From the NCBI GenBank assembly GCA_951406725.2, contig OX597815.1, positions 7,130,001 through 7,194,000 of the forward strand: 64,000 nt of DNA. Direction: 5' to 3'. Shown piece after piece: positions 1 to 11,573 of this stretch. Numbering within the stretch: the stretch's first letter is position 1; the number at the start of each line of letters is the position of its first letter. The position numbers and the translations under genes are program-made. The notes under the pieces are model-generated. The model saw nothing but the letters and a program-made list of their open reading frames with translations, made no database searches and was not told the origin of the DNA. Source of the DNA: Octopus vulgaris. Lineage: Eukaryota.

Positions 1-259
1 AGCCACTTCTGCACCACATAATGTTCTTCTTTAATTAATTAGAATTAAAGCTGTAGTATAGAGAAATAATCATTGTTTTAATTACTTGTGGCAATGAAAG
101 ATAAAGAAGATGACTGAGATTGAATTTTGTTAAGATTTGAATGTAGACATCCGGTGTGGATTAAGCGTACCGATATTTAGCAGATCCTGGTTGGTTGAGG
201 GATACATATAAAGAAAGGTATGGGGTCAACAACTGTAGCAATCTGCTGACAACTTTTTG

Positions 260-586
260 AAGGTGCATGGTTCAGTGGTTTGAGCATTGGGGTCACAATT
301 ATGAGGTTGTGAGTTCGATTCCTGGACCGGGCTGTGTGTTGTGTTCTTGCGCAAGACACTTTATTTCACATTGCTACAGTTCATTCATCTGTAGAAATGA
401 GTTACGATGTCACTGGTGCCAAGCTGTATCGGCCCCTTTGCCTTTCCCTTGGATAACATCAGTGATGTAGAGAGGGAAGGGCAGTATGCATGGGCATAAA
501 CAACCTTGCCCGGACTTGTGCCTCGGAGAGTAACTTTCTAGGTGCAATCCTATGGTCATTTGTGACCGAAGGTGGTCTTTACTCCT
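260..586 (+). mobile_element. Old tRNA-headed CORE-like SINE
   Basis: A-box tggttcagtgg, B-box gttcgattcc, then a ttcttgcgcaagacactttatttcac CORE-like segment. Confidence 0.6.
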
Positions 587-814
587 TAATTACTTGTGGC
601 AAAGAAATGTAAAGGAGTCGATTGAGATTTAACTTTGTTAAGACGTAATTGCAAACATGCTGTGTGGATTGAGTCTGGTCTTTGGTATGGGAGATAACTC
701 TGAACCTGTTTCTGTCTTATTCTTTCTCCTCAATGAAACAGTCTGTACCAATATTTAGCAGATCCCAATTGATTGAGATATATATATATAAAGATGCTGA
801 GTGAACAAACACTA

Positions 815-1029
815 TTAACCCTTTCGTTACTAACCCGGCTGAAACCGGCCCTAGCTCTGTAGTACAAATGTTTTGTTTTCAAACCTTAGTCACCAAACCT
901 TAGTCACAATTAATGTTCCTAACACTAGCTGAATGATAATGAAGTTATTTTACTAAATTCTTTGTTATATTTAAAATAATTGAGAGAAAAACAGAGAATC
1001 TCAAAATAATACAGTAATGAAAGGGTTAA
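815..1029. mobile_element. TTAA-flanked MITE (piggyBac-like)
   Basis: Ends TTAA-CCCTTTCGTTAC ... GTAATGAAAGGG-TTAA. Same family as 10003-10726. Confidence 0.75.
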
Positions 1030-1479
1030 ATCATGTGACAACATTAAAGTGTTGTTATTGTATATTGGTTGTAGTTCTTAGTTCTACGACCATCGTATGT
1101 GGTACATCAGCAGCAGAGATTTTGATGGTTTGGTCAGCCTGGCTATAAACAGGTGCTACAAAGTAGGGCTGGCCTCTAAGCTGCCCACTGTTGAATAATA
1201 ACCGCTGTCTTGGCTTGGTCAGTGAATGTGTCTCAAATCACTAATACCAGCATCACTACATTACTATTAGGATGGTCACCACCACTTCACTACCACAACC
1301 AATATCACCATGCCACTGCAATGCCATCAGTTCACTAACCCAAATACTACCACTTCACCACAACCACCACCACCACCACTACTACTACTACTGCTGCTGC
1401 TACTACTACTACCATCACCATTACCGCCACCACCACTATTACTGCTACGTACTAATCAACTCTCTCCTATTTGCCACAG

Positions 1480-1724
1480 GAACAGATCTCCCGTAATCGA
1501 CAGAGTTTGCTCGACGTGCTGTGGACGTGCAGCTACAGACGTCTCCCACCCTCCACAGACATTCGTCAGAAACAGAACTCAATGCCGCTAACTGGCGTCG
1601 ACCGAATCTCTTCCAGCTTGTCACGACAGATTGCTGCAACCCTCGTTGCGCAGCTCACACCAGACATGTTGTACAACGGACCAGCATGGCCCGACGAGGA
1701 GTTCATTAAGGTCACAGTTGAAAG
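1480..1724 (+). CDS. INTS5: Integrator complex subunit 5, internal coding exon (first visible; upstream exons lie outside the window)
   Basis: Acceptor ttgccacag|GAA, donor AAAG|gttaga. Encodes EQISRNRQ...PAWPDEEFIKVTVE(R), matching my recollection of human INTS5 WPEEHARATVERDL. Ends in phase 2. Confidence 0.9.
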
Positions 1725-2074
1725 GTTAGAACCCCCTTTTTTTTTTATTTTCAGATGTTATCCCTTTTTACTGCCAGAACAACGAAAATATTTTGACAAA
1801 TTAAATTTAAATGTTGAAGTGAATCTAACGTTTTTTGTGTTTCTTAAATGGCTTATAAACACCTTCCACGCTTCAATTGATAATTCAACTGTTGATACTG
1901 AATTGCGTTCATGTTGATGTGTAACCATGGCTATATATGTTCATGTTGGTACTTAATCCTAGCTCTCTGTTTTCATATCAATACTTACCTGTGGTCATGT
2001 GTTCATATTGATGCTTAATCCTAGCCCCATGTGTTGTTCATTTTTAACCTTGATACATGTTTGTGTTGTTTCAG

Positions 2075-2145
2075 AGACCTCTGGGTTTGGAGGAAATTTG
2101 AAGACAACCCGATTCTCTGGGATATTCTTGATAACTTTGCACACA
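2075..2145 (+). CDS. INTS5: INTS5 coding exon (71 nt)
   Basis: gtttcag|A GAC...CAC A|gtaagt. Completes R, then DLWVWRKFEDNPILWDILDNFAH (cf. human [22 protein letters not shown]). Phases fit both neighbours. Confidence 0.9.
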
Positions 2146-2361
2146 GTAAGTTAGAACAAGTATTTTATTTACTATGAATCCCTTCTGTCTGTCTGTTACT
2201 TTTGCACCTACCACACCTGTATTTTCTCACAATCACCTAACCACTTCTCTCCTCTAAAAGTATTTCTACAGGGCACTGTAGATTTTGTCTTAACTCAGCT
2301 GGTATGCAGTACACCTAAGCCTTTTACAGGTTACACCCTCATAATTAACCTGTTACAGTGT

Positions 2362-2595
2362 TATTTCTTTACTGCCCACAAGGGGCTAAACAATAGAGGG
2401 GACAAACAAGGACAGACAAACGGATCAAGTCGATTACATCGACCCCAGTGCGTAACTGGTACTTATTTAATCGACCCCAAAAGGATGAAAGGCAAAGTCG
2501 ATCTCGGTGGAACTTGAACTCAGAACATAACGGCAGACGAAATACCGCTAAGCATTTCGGCTGGCGTGCTAACGATTCTGCCCGCTCGCCGCCTT
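2362..2595 (-). mobile_element. SINE family C (tRNA head, Deu/Nin-like central domain)
   Basis: Reverse complement of aaggcggcgagc...gcctttcatcctttggggtcga...tgtgggcagtaaagaaata. Many copies in the window. Confidence 0.8.
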
Positions 2596-2886
2596 GGAAA
2601 CCTGTTACAGTGTGTCACATTACTTGTTACTGTGTGTCAGCCTGTACTGTGTCAGATTGTTGCAGTGAGTCAGGCAGCTTGTCACAGCACGTCACATAGC
2701 TTGTCACAGTGAGTCAGCTTTGCTACAGTCTCTTGTAACCTGTTACAGTATGTCACTTAGTCTGTCACAGTGTATCAGATAGTGTTCTCCCGTTAATTTC
2801 TGACACTGTTATTGCATGGCTCTTAGCCTGTCACAATGTATCACATTAGTTTGTCACCATTATCCTGTTACAATCCCATTCTTAGT

Positions 2887-3006
2887 CTCTTTTACTCTTT
2901 TACTTGTTTCAGTCATTTGACTGCGGCCATGCTGGAGCACCGCCTTTAGTCGAGCAACTCGACCCCGGGACTTATTCTATCGGTCTCTTTTGCCGAACCG
3001 CTAAGT
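2887..3006 (-). mobile_element. SINE family B 3' fragment
   Basis: Matches the reverse complement of the 3' end of 34903-35312 (ctccagcatggccgcagtcaaatgactgaaacaagtaaaagag). Confidence 0.75.
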
Positions 3007-3544
3007 CCGTTTACTTTGATTTTATAGTTTAGCATTTAATATGTTACAGTGCTACACTTGATTTCTTAGATTCATGTTACAGTGCTAGAGACACTTTAAC
3101 TGTTTTTTCTCCCCTTTACACAGACGGGATGGCTTATTCCTTGTTGCAATTATTTACATCTGAATGGCTTTCCGATCACTAGCCACTACACTAGATACCA
3201 TTATATTTCAATAGTTTACCTGTCTTGGATGTCTTTACATCTGGGACATCTTTCTTGTTTCTAACTAGAAATATATATTTCCTGTCTCTGACCATTCAAC
3301 TGTCAATTAGGGAGTAGAATTTAATTAAGTTGGATGACCAAATAATAGCTTTAGTTCTCATAAGGTTTGAACTTTTGACCCCGTGGCCAATCATCCAGCC
3401 TCACCTTAACTAAAGTGAGGTTTGAACTCTTAGTCATGAGTGTCAATCTAGCTGTACTTTCACCACAGTAGGGGTTAGAACACATGACTACACTATCTTC
3501 ACTATGGCTAGAACTTATGACTATCTGAAGACATACTACAATAC

Positions 3545-3957
3545 ATGTGCTATTATACATATTATACCATCTTTCAAACAATAACTCTGAGCACCTTTTC
3601 AAACTCCACCTGTCTAACACCCGTGGACATGTTTACAAAGTCAGAAAACAGCACAGCTCCTTCCATGACTTTCAGAAACATTTTTTCACGCTAAGAGTTG
3701 CTGAAGCATGGAACAAACTGCTGGCATCAGTTGTTAGTTGTCAGAGCACTTCATCCTTCAAAACTTCCATGCTTCCTGAGATTCGCCAACACTACACCTG
3801 GTTTTCTCCCCTCCATACACACGCAAGCATGTATCTGACTCATACACTGTTCACTTTCCAGACATTTGTACATTACTACATATACTTTATACGCACTTTC
3901 TGACAAATTGTGGTGCACCTGAGCACTGTACACAATAATTTCATTATTACTATTATA
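3545..3957 (+). mobile_element. CR1/L2-type LINE 3' end (decayed)
   Basis: Translates NTRGHVYKVRKQHSS...KHFFTLRVAEAWNKL (TRGH...FF..RV...WN.L, the CR1-clade ORF2 C-terminal motif). Ends in an (att)n-like tail. Confidence 0.8.
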
Positions 3958-4492
3958 TTCCTTCTTGATCCTCATGGATTGCATCAGGTCGTCCCAGATC
4001 AAGCAGACAGACTTACATTATCATCATCATCATCATCATCAAACATCTATTTTCTATGCTGTCATGGGTTGGACAGCTCAACAGGTAATAGCAAGGCCAG
4101 GGACCACACCAGATTCCACAGTCTGTTTAGACTTGGTTTCTATGGCCGAATGCCCTTCTTAAGGCCAACCACTCTACAGAGTGTACTGGGTGCTTTTTAC
4201 ATGGCACCATCACCCACACCAATGCCTTTTGCATGGCACTTTGCTTTCAGATCTTAATTCTGTTGTGGCGGCAGGCCTTCTTCAGTACAACAATGCACCA
4301 CATATCTCAGTCGTCTCTCATCTCTTTTGTATAATTGAACGTATTCCATTTACCACCTGAGTGTTTATCTGGACAATAAGGTTCCTACTGTCTGCAAACA
4401 CATCAACAAGAACAACAACAACATAGACAGGAATGCTCCCATGAAGGAAAGCTCAATGAGGTGGATTGACCTGCTAGAATTAATTGATCATT

Positions 4493-4895
4493 AAGACAGC
4501 AAGTTGGCAGAATCGTTAGCACGCCGGATGAAATGTTTAGCGGTATTTCGTCAGCCGTTACGTTCTGAGTTCAAATTCCGCCGAGGTCGACTCTGCCTTT
4601 CATGCTTTCGGGGTCGATAAATTAAGTACCAGTCACGCACAGGGATTGATATAATCGACTTAACCCCTTTGTCTGTCCTTGTTTGTCCTCTCTGTGTTTA
4701 GCCCCTTGTGGGTAGTAAAGAAATAGGTATTTCGTCTGCCGTTACATTCTGAGTTCAAATTCTGCCAAGGTCGACTTTGCCTTTCATCCTTTTGGGGTCG
4801 ATAAATTAAGTACTAGTTACGCAGTCGACTTAATCCCGTTGTCTGTCCTTGTGTGACCCCTCTGTGTTTAGCCTCTTTTGGGCAATAAAGAAATA
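4493..4895 (+). mobile_element. SINE family C, internally dimeric, with 17-bp TSD
   Basis: Body present twice. Flanked by the identical sequence agaattaattgatcatt at 4476-4492 and 4896-4912. Confidence 0.85.
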
Positions 4896-5150
4896 AGAAT
4901 TAATTGATCATTCTGAAATAGCAATCTACCTTATATAAAAGATATCTCTGATTATATAAATCTGACTCTTCTGAATATACAAATAGGCTGGATGGGCATG
5001 TCTGGAATAACTTTGGGCTAAACAGCAATAACATGAATAAGAAGAAATAAAGAAATCTATTTACATGTGTTTCCCTTACTCCCACCCCTGAGTCTTCAAA
5101 TAGGATGACTCTGACTCTCACCAACTGACTCTTATTCATTCCTTTCACAG

Positions 5151-5299
5151 GTAGTTCAGTGTTGTTCTACTGCTCACCATTACTCCGATCCTTAGTGGCC
5201 ACCCTGATGAATTTCTATGAGAGTTGCCGGACGAAGAATGCCTCTAATTCCCCCAAGTACCTTCATGCAGCATGTAAAGTCATTAATTACATGAGAAAG
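5151..5299 (+). CDS. INTS5: INTS5 coding exon (149 nt)
   Basis: cctttcacag|GT AGT...AAG|gtaggt. Encodes SSSVLFYCSPLLRSLVATLMNFYESCRTKNASNSPKYLHAACKVINYMRK (cf. human [21 protein letters not shown]...SPWHLEASC). Confidence 0.92.
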
Positions 5300-5394
5300 G
5301 TAGGTAAATGCATGGGAAACCCATGTTTCTTCTGGCCGTGTTCAGGCTTCTTTGAATTTTGACTTACACCAAATATTGTTCACCTAAGAAGTTA

Positions 5395-5702
5395 TCATCA
5401 TCATCATCATCATCGTTTAACATCTGCTTTCCGTGCTGGCATGGGTTGGACAGTTTGACTGAGGGCTGGCAAACCAGGAGGCTGCACCAGGTTCCAGTCC
5501 GATCTGGCAGAGTTTCTACAGCTTGATGCCCTTCCTAACGCCAACCACTCTGAGAGTGCAGTGGGTGCTTTTTACATGCCACTGGCATGGGGGCCAGTCA
5601 GGTGGCACTGGCATCGACCACGCTTGAATGATGCCTTTTACGTGCCACTGGCACGGGAGCCAGTCAGGTAGCATTGGCATCGATCAAGGCGGCACTGGCA
5701 TT
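5395..5702 (-). mobile_element. Retroposon family D ((GAT)n tail; aggaagggcatccagc motif)
   Basis: Reads (cat)n-cgtttaacatctgctttcc...gatgcccttcctaacgccaacc on +. At least 9 related copies. Confidence 0.75.
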
Positions 5703-6142
5703 CTAACAATATACCAAATAAAAGTGATTGAAGCATTGAATCTCTTGGTTTTGATATCAAATCCATTGCAGTTATTTAGTTGTGTCTTTGGGTCAGTACA
5801 CCTAATTCTTTTGTGCATGTGTATATAAAATTCTCTGGTGAATGTTAGCTGAGGTAAACTATTGTCCTACCCAGGAGGAGACTTATCTCTCATCACAGTG
5901 AATTTAGTTCAGTATGTGTTTGAGAGGAGGGGCAGTTTGATCAGCTGACATGTTTATGTTGGTGTGTCTTTGTCAGCTGAGAAGATATATGATGTAGATT
6001 TGCTGTAATGAAGGATGATGTTGGCTAGAGGCTTCATTGAAAGGAAAATGACGATGTAATTTAAAAGAAGGTTTGCATTTTCGAGCACAGAGCTGAGAAA
6101 AGTAATAAGGAAGATACAGGAAACAGTTGACAAAGCCAGCAT

Positions 6143-6428
6143 CTAGTCGTTGCCAGTGCCGCTGGACTGGCTCCTGTGCAGGTGGCACGTAAAAAACACC
6201 ATTTGAGCATGGCTGTTGTCAGTACCGCTTGACTGGCCTTTGTGCCGGTGGCATGTAAAAGCACCCACTACACTCTCAGAGTGGTTAGCGTTAGGAAGGG
6301 CATCCAGCTGTAGAAACTCTGCCAGATCAAGACGAGCCTGGTGCAGCCATCTGGTTCGCCAGCCCTCAGTCAAAATCGTCCGACCCATGCTAGCATGGAA
6401 AGTGGACGTTAAACGACGATGATGATGA
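6143..6428 (+). mobile_element. Retroposon family D 3' part
   Basis: ...ttaggaagggcatccagctgtagaaac...ggacgttaaacgacgatgatgatga. Confidence 0.75.
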
Positions 6429-6669
6429 TATATGTATCAGTGGATATCACTGTGTTCTTGTTTGTGTGTGTAGGTCAGCTGACAGGGTCAGTATGGTATA
6501 TGATATGTTAGTATGGTGTCAGTAGATCTTATCCGAAGTGTGTGTTTGTGTGTATAAGTGGGGGAGTTTGAACAGCTGACATGTTTATTTATGTTGGCAT
6601 GTCTTTGTCAGCTAAGAAGATATATAATGTATATTTGCTGTAATGAAATACCATATTTACCATTTGCAG

Positions 6670-6774
6670 AGCAACCTCTTGTCGTCCCCACTCTGTTATA
6701 TTGGTGAATTAATGCCATTGGTCAAATCTTATGAACTCTACCTACTTCTACAAACCGTGTGGCGATATATGAAG
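6670..6774 (+). CDS. INTS5: INTS5 coding exon (105 nt)
   Basis: atttgcag|AGC...AAG|gtaagt. Encodes SNLLSSPLCYIGELMPLVKSYELYLLLQTVWRYMK (cf. human [35 protein letters not shown]). Confidence 0.92.
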
Positions 6775-6978
6775 GTAAGTGGTCTCAATTAGACTTGTTT
6801 GTTCTTGTTTGGTGGTGGTTTTGTTGTCTTGAGCAAGTTTTTTTTTTGTTCTTTTGAGCTGTCCAAACACATCCTCCTCTCCATCACCACTACCATCATC
6901 ACCCTCTTCATCATCTATCAACATCATTATGACAACTCTGTGCTTCACAGACACCAACGTATTACTGGAATGGATGGA

Positions 6979-7363
6979 TGGAAGCACTCCGTCGGTTACG
7001 ACGATGAGGGTTCCGGTTGATCTGAATCAACGGAACAGCCTGCTCGTGAAATTAACGTGTAAGTGGCTGAGCACTCCACAGACCCGTGTACCCTTAACGT
7101 AGTTCTCGGAGATATTCAGCGTGACACAGAGAGTGACAAGGCCGGCCCTTTGAAATACAGGTACAACAGAAACAGGAAGTAAGAGTGACAGAAAGTTGTG
7201 GTGAAAGAATACAGCAGGGATCACCACCATCCCCTGCCGGAGCCTCGTGGAGCTTTTTAGGTGTTTTCGCTCAATAAACACTCACAACGCCCGGCCTGGG
7301 AATCGAAACCGCGATCTTATGACCGCGAGTCCGCTGCCCTAACCACTGGGCCATTGTGCCTCC
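6979..7363 (-). mobile_element. SINE family A (tRNA-derived head, tail type 1)
   Basis: Near-identical reverse complement of 27455-27837. A-box tggcccagtgg, B-box gtttcgattcc. Confidence 0.85.
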
Positions 7364-7746
7364 ACTACTGGAATATATGTCTGCCCATGTCACACTTTTG
7401 CAATTACACGTATTCACTGTATGCATGATCTCACTAACAATTACACACATAAATGCATGCATATTTACACTCACACTCACTGATATACACATACATACAT
7501 ATACAGATGTATGCATACACAAATACACACACATTTAGTTTTATAGGTCCCCCCTCCCTCTTTATGATTTTTCCCAACCATTTATTCCTTCCCAGTGTGT
7601 GTCAGGGATGTATTCTAACTTATACATGTTCTTACCCTCTCACTCTCAGGGAAGCAGACCGAACCAAGAAGAGTTATCTACCTTGCATACATTCCCAACT
7701 CCAATTATTGTAGTCGTAAGATTTGAACACTTGATACTCTGTAAAG

Positions 7747-8475
7747 CAGTGTTTCCCAACCTGTTTATCCCCCAGGCCCCACTACAATTTTCCAAAACAA
7801 TGTATACCCCACCAGTGGTTGGGAAAAAAAGCCCACTTAATTTTTAATATTTTATCACAATTATTTAATACAAAAGATGTACTTTCATAGCGAGTGACTT
7901 GATTTGAGATCGTGTGCTGGAACGAAAACAATAGCAGCGTGGAAGGTGTTTATAAGCCATTTAAGAGACACGCAAAAACCGTTAGATTCACTTCAACATT
8001 TGAATTTAATTTGTCAAAATATTTTCGTCTCTTTGAGACCGCGACCTGTTCATTGACAAAACTGTGATGCATCTCAAAGTTTTGTCAGTGAACAGGTCGC
8101 GGTCTGAAATCGACGAAAATATTTTGACAAATTAAATTTAAATGTTGAAGTGAATCTAACGGTTTTTGTGTGTTTCTTAAATGGCTTATAAACACCTTCC
8201 ACGCTGCAATTGTTTAATAGAAAAGACTTTTCCGGTAAGTGACGTAAGGGAGAAAAGAAAAGAAAAGAAAGAAGGCAATAGAGCAGTGACAGTGGATCTA
8301 CCAGTAACTCTTTTAGTAGGTACCGAGTACAAAAAAGAGTACGCTATTGACTAAGGAAAAAAAAGGTGAATCACTTTAATAAAAACCTTGTGTCTGGCGA
8401 CTATGGTACCACACACCACCACAATTTTCTCAGGCTCCACCAGTGGGGCATATGTCACCAACTTGGGAATCGTTG
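7747..8475. mobile_element. Possible hAT-type MITE interrupted by a fold-back insertion
   Basis: Degenerate TIRs cagtgtttcccaacct ... acttgggaatcgttg. TSD not clean. Confidence 0.4.
7926..8215. repeat. Fold-back element (about 137-bp inverted arms, 14-bp spacer), probably PLE-derived
   Basis: 7926-8063 is the reverse complement of 8078-8215. Same family at about 16149-16412 and 18110-18375; half copy at about 1775-1875. Confidence 0.75.
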
Positions 8476-8646
8476 ATGAATAGATATTTAGATAGCAGTC
8501 CACAGCTATTGCAGTTCATGTAATCTGATATTATAGATGTGCTATTTGAATGACCAATACCACTGGTTTGTAGCTAATAGAGCTAAGGGAACTTGTCAGA
8601 GTAAAAAATAGTGATCATGGCTTGGACACTTGGTCATAGGTCTACT

Positions 8647-9045
8647 TCATCATCATTGTTTAACGTCCGCTTTCCATGCTAGCATGGGTTGGACGATTTT
8701 GACTGAGGGCTGGTGAACCAGACGGCTGCACCAGGCTCCAATCTTGATCTGGCAGAGTTTCTACAGCTGGATGCCCTTCCTAATGCCAACCACTCCGAGA
8801 GTGTAGTGGGTGCTTTTTACGTGCCACCGGCACGGGGGCCAGTCAGGCGGTACTGGCAATGACCTCACTCAAATCTTTTTACACATGCCACCAGCACAGG
8901 TGCCAGTAAGGTGATGTTGGTAACAATCACGCTCGAATGGTGCCCTTTTACGTGCCACTGGCACGGAAGCCAGTTAGCCGCTCTGGCAATGATCATGCTC
9001 ATATGGTACTCTTTGCACCCCGCAAGTACGGATACCAGTCATCGA
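8647..9045 (-). mobile_element. Retroposon family D
   Basis: catcatcattgtttaacgtccgctttccatgctagcatggg... with three to four internal subrepeats of about 65 bp. Confidence 0.75.
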
Positions 9046-9558
9046 ATGTGATTTTGATTTTGATTAACTTGGGAATCATTGATGAATAGATATGTAGATA
9101 GCAGTCCACAGCTATTGCAGCTCATGTAATCTGATATTATAGACCTGCTATTTGAATGACCAATACCACTGGTTTGTAGCTAATAGAACTAAGGGAACTT
9201 GTCAGAGATGGAACATAAAAACAGGAGTAAAAAATAGTGATCATGGCTTGGACACTTGGTCATAGGTCTGCTTGACCACTGAAAATCTGTAGTTAAACAA
9301 CATCACCCCACACCATACCACACCGCTCTACACTACATTTTGCCGGTCACACCACATTTGTATCATATAATAATTACTCGTTACTACATGTCCACATCAT
9401 ATGTTTGGCCACTACATACCTACATCGCATGACCAACTGCTACATGCTGCTTCATATGACTAAACACCTACATGTTTACACGACTACCCTCAGCTATATT
9501 TGAACCCATGTCGTTTATTTGTCTCATTATCTAAAAGCAATAATTGTTTCTTCTTCAG

Positions 9559-9598
9559 GAGAACCCCCCTGTCAATAACCTCGACCATCAAAAGAAAG
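9559..9598 (+). CDS. INTS5: INTS5 short coding exon (40 nt)
   Basis: ttcttcag|GAG AAC CCC CCT...AAA G|gtaaat. Encodes ENPPVNNLDHQKK (cf. human EHGP). Supplies the phase 0 to phase 1 transition needed to join the last exon in frame. Confidence 0.8.
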
Positions 9599-10002
9599 GT
9601 AAATGCTTTACTTCCTATGTCTGTCACACCTAACGTCTTCTAATTACATTTCTATGGTCTATCACACAGGTAACTTACCATCACTGCAACTATTCACTCA
9701 CTGAATAACAGTATTAGTGGCTGAGTATTCCACAGACACTTGCACCCTTAGTATAAGCATCAGACAAAGCCACCAGCATGATTCTAATGGAGTTGGTGCT
9801 GTGAATTATAAAGATATCTGATGAGCTTCTACGCATCTTCTGCCTCTTCAGTTTAACTCACAAGCTTTGAGCCACTTTTCTCAACACTATGATGCTGTAC
9901 AAGTAAACTTAAATTGCAAAACAAACTAGCTTCACCATACGGCTTAAGTATACAGCTTATATATACTGCCATCATCACCATCATCATCATTATTTTCATC
10001 AT

Positions 10003-10726
10003 TTAACCCTTTTGTTACCAACCCAGCCAAAACCGGCTCTGGCTCTGTGGTAAAATGTCTTGTTTTCATAAGTTTTGAATTAAAATCTTCCACCAAACCT
10101 TAGTCACAATCTATGTTCCTAACACTAGCTTAATGATAACGAAGTTATTTTACTAAATTCTTTGTTATATTTAAAGTAATTGAAAAAAACACAGAGCATC
10201 TCAAAATAAATACAGTAACGAAAGGGTTAAAATATATAATAGAGAAACAATTCTTAACCCTTTTGATACCATCCTGGCTGAAACTTCCTCTGGCTCTGTA
10301 ATACAAATGTCTTGTTTTCATAAGTTCTGAATTAAAATCTTCCACCAAACCTTAATCACAATTTATGTTCCTAACACTAGCTTAATCATAACTAAGTTAT
10401 TTTACTAAATTCTTTGTTATATTTAAAGTAATTGAAAGAAACACAGAGCATCTCAACAGAAATATGGTAACGAAAGGGTTAAAATATATAATAGAGAAAC
10501 AATTCTTAACCCTTTTGATACCAACCTGGCTGAAACTGCCTCTAGTACAAATGTCTTGTTTTCATAAGTTCTGAATTGAAATCTTCCCCCAAACCTTAGT
10601 CACAGTTTATGTTCCTAACACTACCTTAATGATAACTAAGTTATTTTACTAAATTCTTTGTCATATTTAAAATAATTGAAAGAAACATAAAGCATCTCAG
10701 AAGAAATGCAGTAACGAAAGGGTTAA
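10003..10726. mobile_element. Tandem trimer of TTAA MITE
   Basis: Units 10003-10230, 10254-10482 and 10506-10726, each TTAACCCTTT...AAAGGGTTAA, separated by an identical 23-nt spacer. Confidence 0.85.
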
Positions 10727-11102
10727 CGTCCATTTTCCATGCTGGTATGGTTGCCTGGGTTTGACAGGGGCTGATAAGCCACAGGGCTGCACCAAGTTCC
10801 GGTCATCTGCTTTGGCAAGGTTTCTATGACTGGATGCCCTTCCTAATGCCTACCACTTTACAGAGTGTACTGGGTGCTTGCTATGAGGCACTGACATGGG
10901 TACTCTTCTTTTTACGTGGTGCCAGCGTGGGTGCACTTTTGCATGGGGCTGATCCGGGTGCTTCTTTATGTGACAGCAGCACCGTTGCTTTTTATGCGAT
11001 ACTGGTGTGGGTCCTTAACATGTAGCATGCAAGCATGGATGCTTTTTAGCATGGGACCAGCACAGGTGCTTAGATATATGTGTGTGTGTGTTTGTACAGA
11101 AG

Positions 11103-11432
11103 TGCAGGTGTGGCTGTGTGGTTAAGATGTTTGCTTCTTAACCACATGATTTTGGGTTCAGCTCCATTGCGAGGCTCCTTGGGCTGACCAAAGCCTTGAG
11201 TGGTAGATAGAAAGTGAAAGAAAAACTATTGTGTGTGTGTGTGAGTGTGTATGTTTGTGTCTCCCAGTTTTGACATTGTGAGCTTTGACCGGCTTCTGTG
11301 CCGGTGGCACGTAAAAAGAACCATCCGAATGTGGCCGCTGCCAGCCTCCCCTGGCACGTAAAACAGACCCACTACATTCTTGGAGTGGTTGGCATTAGGA
11401 AGGGCATCCAGCTGTAGAAACCCTGCCAGATC
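11103..11432 (+). mobile_element. Chimeric SINE: family B head joined to family D body
   Basis: gcaggtgtggctgtgtggttaag...ccttgggc... (B head), a TG tract, then ggtggcacgtaaaaag...aggaagggcatccagctgtagaaac (D). Confidence 0.6.
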
Positions 11433-11573
11433 AGTTTTCCATGCTAGCATGGGTTGGGCGGTTCATCCGGGGTCTGGGAAGCCAGGAGGCTGCACCAGGC
11501 TTCAATCTTGATCCGGCAGAGTTTCTACAGCTGGATGCCCTTCCTAAAACCAAACACTCCACGAGTGTAGTGG

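Noticed and set aside
4354-4391. Possible - strand exon (tttgcag...GTG|gtaaat)
   Set aside because: Short, no recognisable product, and no supported partner exons.
5300-5309. Alternative donor gtaaat 4 nt downstream of the INTS5 exon end
   Set aside because: It would shift the frame relative to the phase-0 next exon; gtaggt at 5300 fits.
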